This document shows positions 62,820 through 64,000 of a DNA stretch of 64,000 nt, piece by piece. Numbering within the stretch: the first letter of the stretch is position 1; each line of letters opens with the position of its first letter. The stretch comes from a virus (taxonomy: Duplodnaviria > Heunggongvirae > Uroviricota > Caudoviricetes), in the IMG/VR virus record IMGVR_UViG_3300042401_001180; one strand, written 5' to 3'. The translations under genes were made by a program, and so were the position numbers. Under the pieces are notes generated by a model, which saw only the letters and a program-made list of their open reading frames with translations, had not been told where the DNA came from and searched no databases.

Positions 62820-63671
62820 TCACTCTTGGATTTCTTCTGATACGCTTTGTAAATTTTTAAAGTATTCAATTCTTGTTTTTGCAACCTCAGTGTAGTTGGG
62901 GGATAATTCAATACCTAACCAACGTCTACCTAATATTTCCGCAGCTACAAGACTAGTTCCACTACCAGCAAACGGATCTAAAACTATATCGTTCTTGTAG
63001 GATAATATTTTAATTGCTTTGGTTGGGATGTCCATTGAGAACGTTGCCTTGGTGAGTGACTTAGTATCTGCGAAATAATTCCACTGACCAAAAACAAGTT
63101 CCATAAATTCTTTCTTATCTTGCTCCTCATATACCACTTTCTTTTTTATGGTACCATCTTCCTGTTCGATTTCGGTAGGTACTCCCTTCCATTGTGGTTC
63201 CCCTTTAACCTTTTTAATATGGTGTTTCTTATATGCCAAAATAACACACTCTTTCGGGTTATAAATATATGGCGAGCTCGGACTCATCCAAGAACCCCAA
63301 GCCGTTGTCTTACTACGGTGAGGTGATTGTTCTTCTAAATCCACAATACCAAAGAATCCAAACCCAATCTCTTTCATTATTTGCCACATCTCAGAAACAA
63401 AGAAAATTCTTCCCCCTTTCTTTTGTCTGTTGATTTCGTAGGGTATATTTAACGCGATTCGTCCGTCATCCTTTAATACGTTATACGCTTCAGTTAACCA
63501 ATTTCTTGCAAATACCAAATATTCCTCAAACTCAACATCATCATCGTGTACGTCATAAGCTATACCCACGCCATATGGCGGCGATGTGCAAATTAAGTCC
63601 ACAGTTCCTTTCGGTAAGGTTTTCATTACCTCAACACAGTCCCCTGTTATTATTTTTCCTGTTTCTATCAT
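62820..63671 (-). CDS. DNA methyltransferase (beta-class N6-adenine/N4-cytosine, ParB-less)
   Basis: Motif IV DLICTSPPYG precedes motif I VLDPFAGSGTS, a beta-class order. Confidence 0.8.
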   Translation of the reverse strand: MIETGKIITGDCVEVMKTLPKGTVDLICTSPPYGVGIAYDVHDDDVEFEEYLVFARNWLTEAYNVLKDDGRIALNIPYEINRQKKGGRIFFVSEMWQIMKEIGFGFFGIVDLEEQSPHRSKTTAWGSWMSPSSPYIYNPKECVILAYKKHHIKKVKGEPQWKGVPTEIEQEDGTIKKKVVYEEQDKKEFMELVFGQWNYFADTKSLTKATFSMDIPTKAIKILSYKNDIVLDPFAGSGTSLVAAEILGRRWLGIELSPNYTEVAKTRIEYFKNLQSVSEEIQE

Positions 63672-63892
63672 TTATTCTCTAATGTTTCAATATGGTGTTG
63701 TAGATACCACAACGCTTTACGTAAATCTTGTAGTTCTTTATCTTTTTCTTTTTTACCCGCCCTTGAGATGTACTTAACCGTATTACCAAGAGAGAACCCC
63801 AATCCCCAAGAATCAATCACCTTGATTGCTTCATATGGATTATCTTCTCCCCCATAATGTTGTGGGTGGTTTACTTGCTCATTTGTTTTCAT
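63668..63892 (-). CDS. small conserved phage protein (DUF3310-like)
   Basis: HPQHYGG...YEAIKVI..WGLGF.LGN..KYI.RAG.K pattern typical of DUF3310 phage proteins. Confidence 0.45.
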   Translation of the reverse strand: MKTNEQVNHPQHYGGEDNPYEAIKVIDSWGLGFSLGNTVKYISRAGKKEKDKELQDLRKALWYLQHHIETLENK

Positions 63893-64000
63893 TTATATAA
63901 TTTAGTATTTCTTCCTCAGTTTTTCCTTGATTAAACATTCTATAAACTTCTCTTGAGAACTCGTCCGTTGTGAATACCGCATCAGCGTCAAGGTATTTCA
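63879..64000 (-). CDS. hypothetical protein, 3' end only (gene enters from beyond window end)
   Basis: Minus-strand frame open from 64000 (…KYLDADAVFTTDEFSREVYRMFNQGKTEEEILNYINENK stop). Confidence 0.35.
   Translation of the reverse strand, partial: KYLDADAVFTTDEFSREVYRMFNQGKTEEEILNYINENK

Noticed and set aside
2439-63777. About 40 short opposite-strand ORFs nested inside long minus-strand genes (e.g. 2439..2687+, 9716..9961+, 24091..24516+, 39464..39898+, 57050..57454+, 63120..63326+).
   Set aside because: They are fully embedded antisense to confidently coding genes, lack start context, and have low-complexity S/L/F/I-rich translations expected from the reverse complement of AT-rich coding sequence.

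Overview
The window reads as a 64-kb stretch of a large, AT-rich (~30% GC) virulent phage genome. It is almost entirely transcribed on the minus strand, with short or overlapping (ATGA) gene junctions and many strong rho-independent terminators. Recurring TAnnTTTG -7 boxes, often 5-25 nt upstream of start codons, match the Bacteroidetes sigma-A promoter consensus, so the host is probably a Bacteroidetes bacterium such as Flavobacterium or Cellulophaga.

Recognisable genes:
- AAA+ ATPase
- Rnl2-like RNA ligase, P-loop kinase, two calcineurin-like phosphoesterases and three HAD-like hydrolases (a possible RNA-healing set)
- thymidylate synthase
- GIY-YIG homing endonuclease
- SPFH/band-7 protein
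- RlpA-like DPBB protein
- GH19 endolysin with a PG-binding domain, plus a holin-like ORF
- LysM protein
- DHH/DHHA1 phosphoesterase
- beta-class DNA methyltransferase
- SmpB

Three things stand out:
1. A phage-borne two-component signalling operon (PAS histidine kinase, secreted protein, second histidine kinase with a large extracytoplasmic domain, orphan CheY-like receiver) lies directly upstream of, and co-directional with, the lysis cassette.
2. A ~10-kb tRNA/ncRNA island carries at least 24 tRNA genes, including three CAT-anticodon tRNAs. It also holds several elongated non-canonical tRNA-like elements, a thrice-repeated strong promoter module, and GC-enriched ORF-free structured regions. 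The phage SmpB gene sits next to this island but no tmRNA could be identified with confidence.
3. A ~1-kb GC-richer ORF-free region at 59.1-60.2 kb is a candidate large structured RNA.

Other oddities: a 16x tandem-repeat protein, a CxxC-repeat protein, a family of about 13 ORFs sharing a conserved N-terminal motif, tandem paralog arrays and duplicated leader elements.

All calls rest on manual reading of the sequence and the ORF track. tRNA coordinates are approximate (about +/-3 nt).
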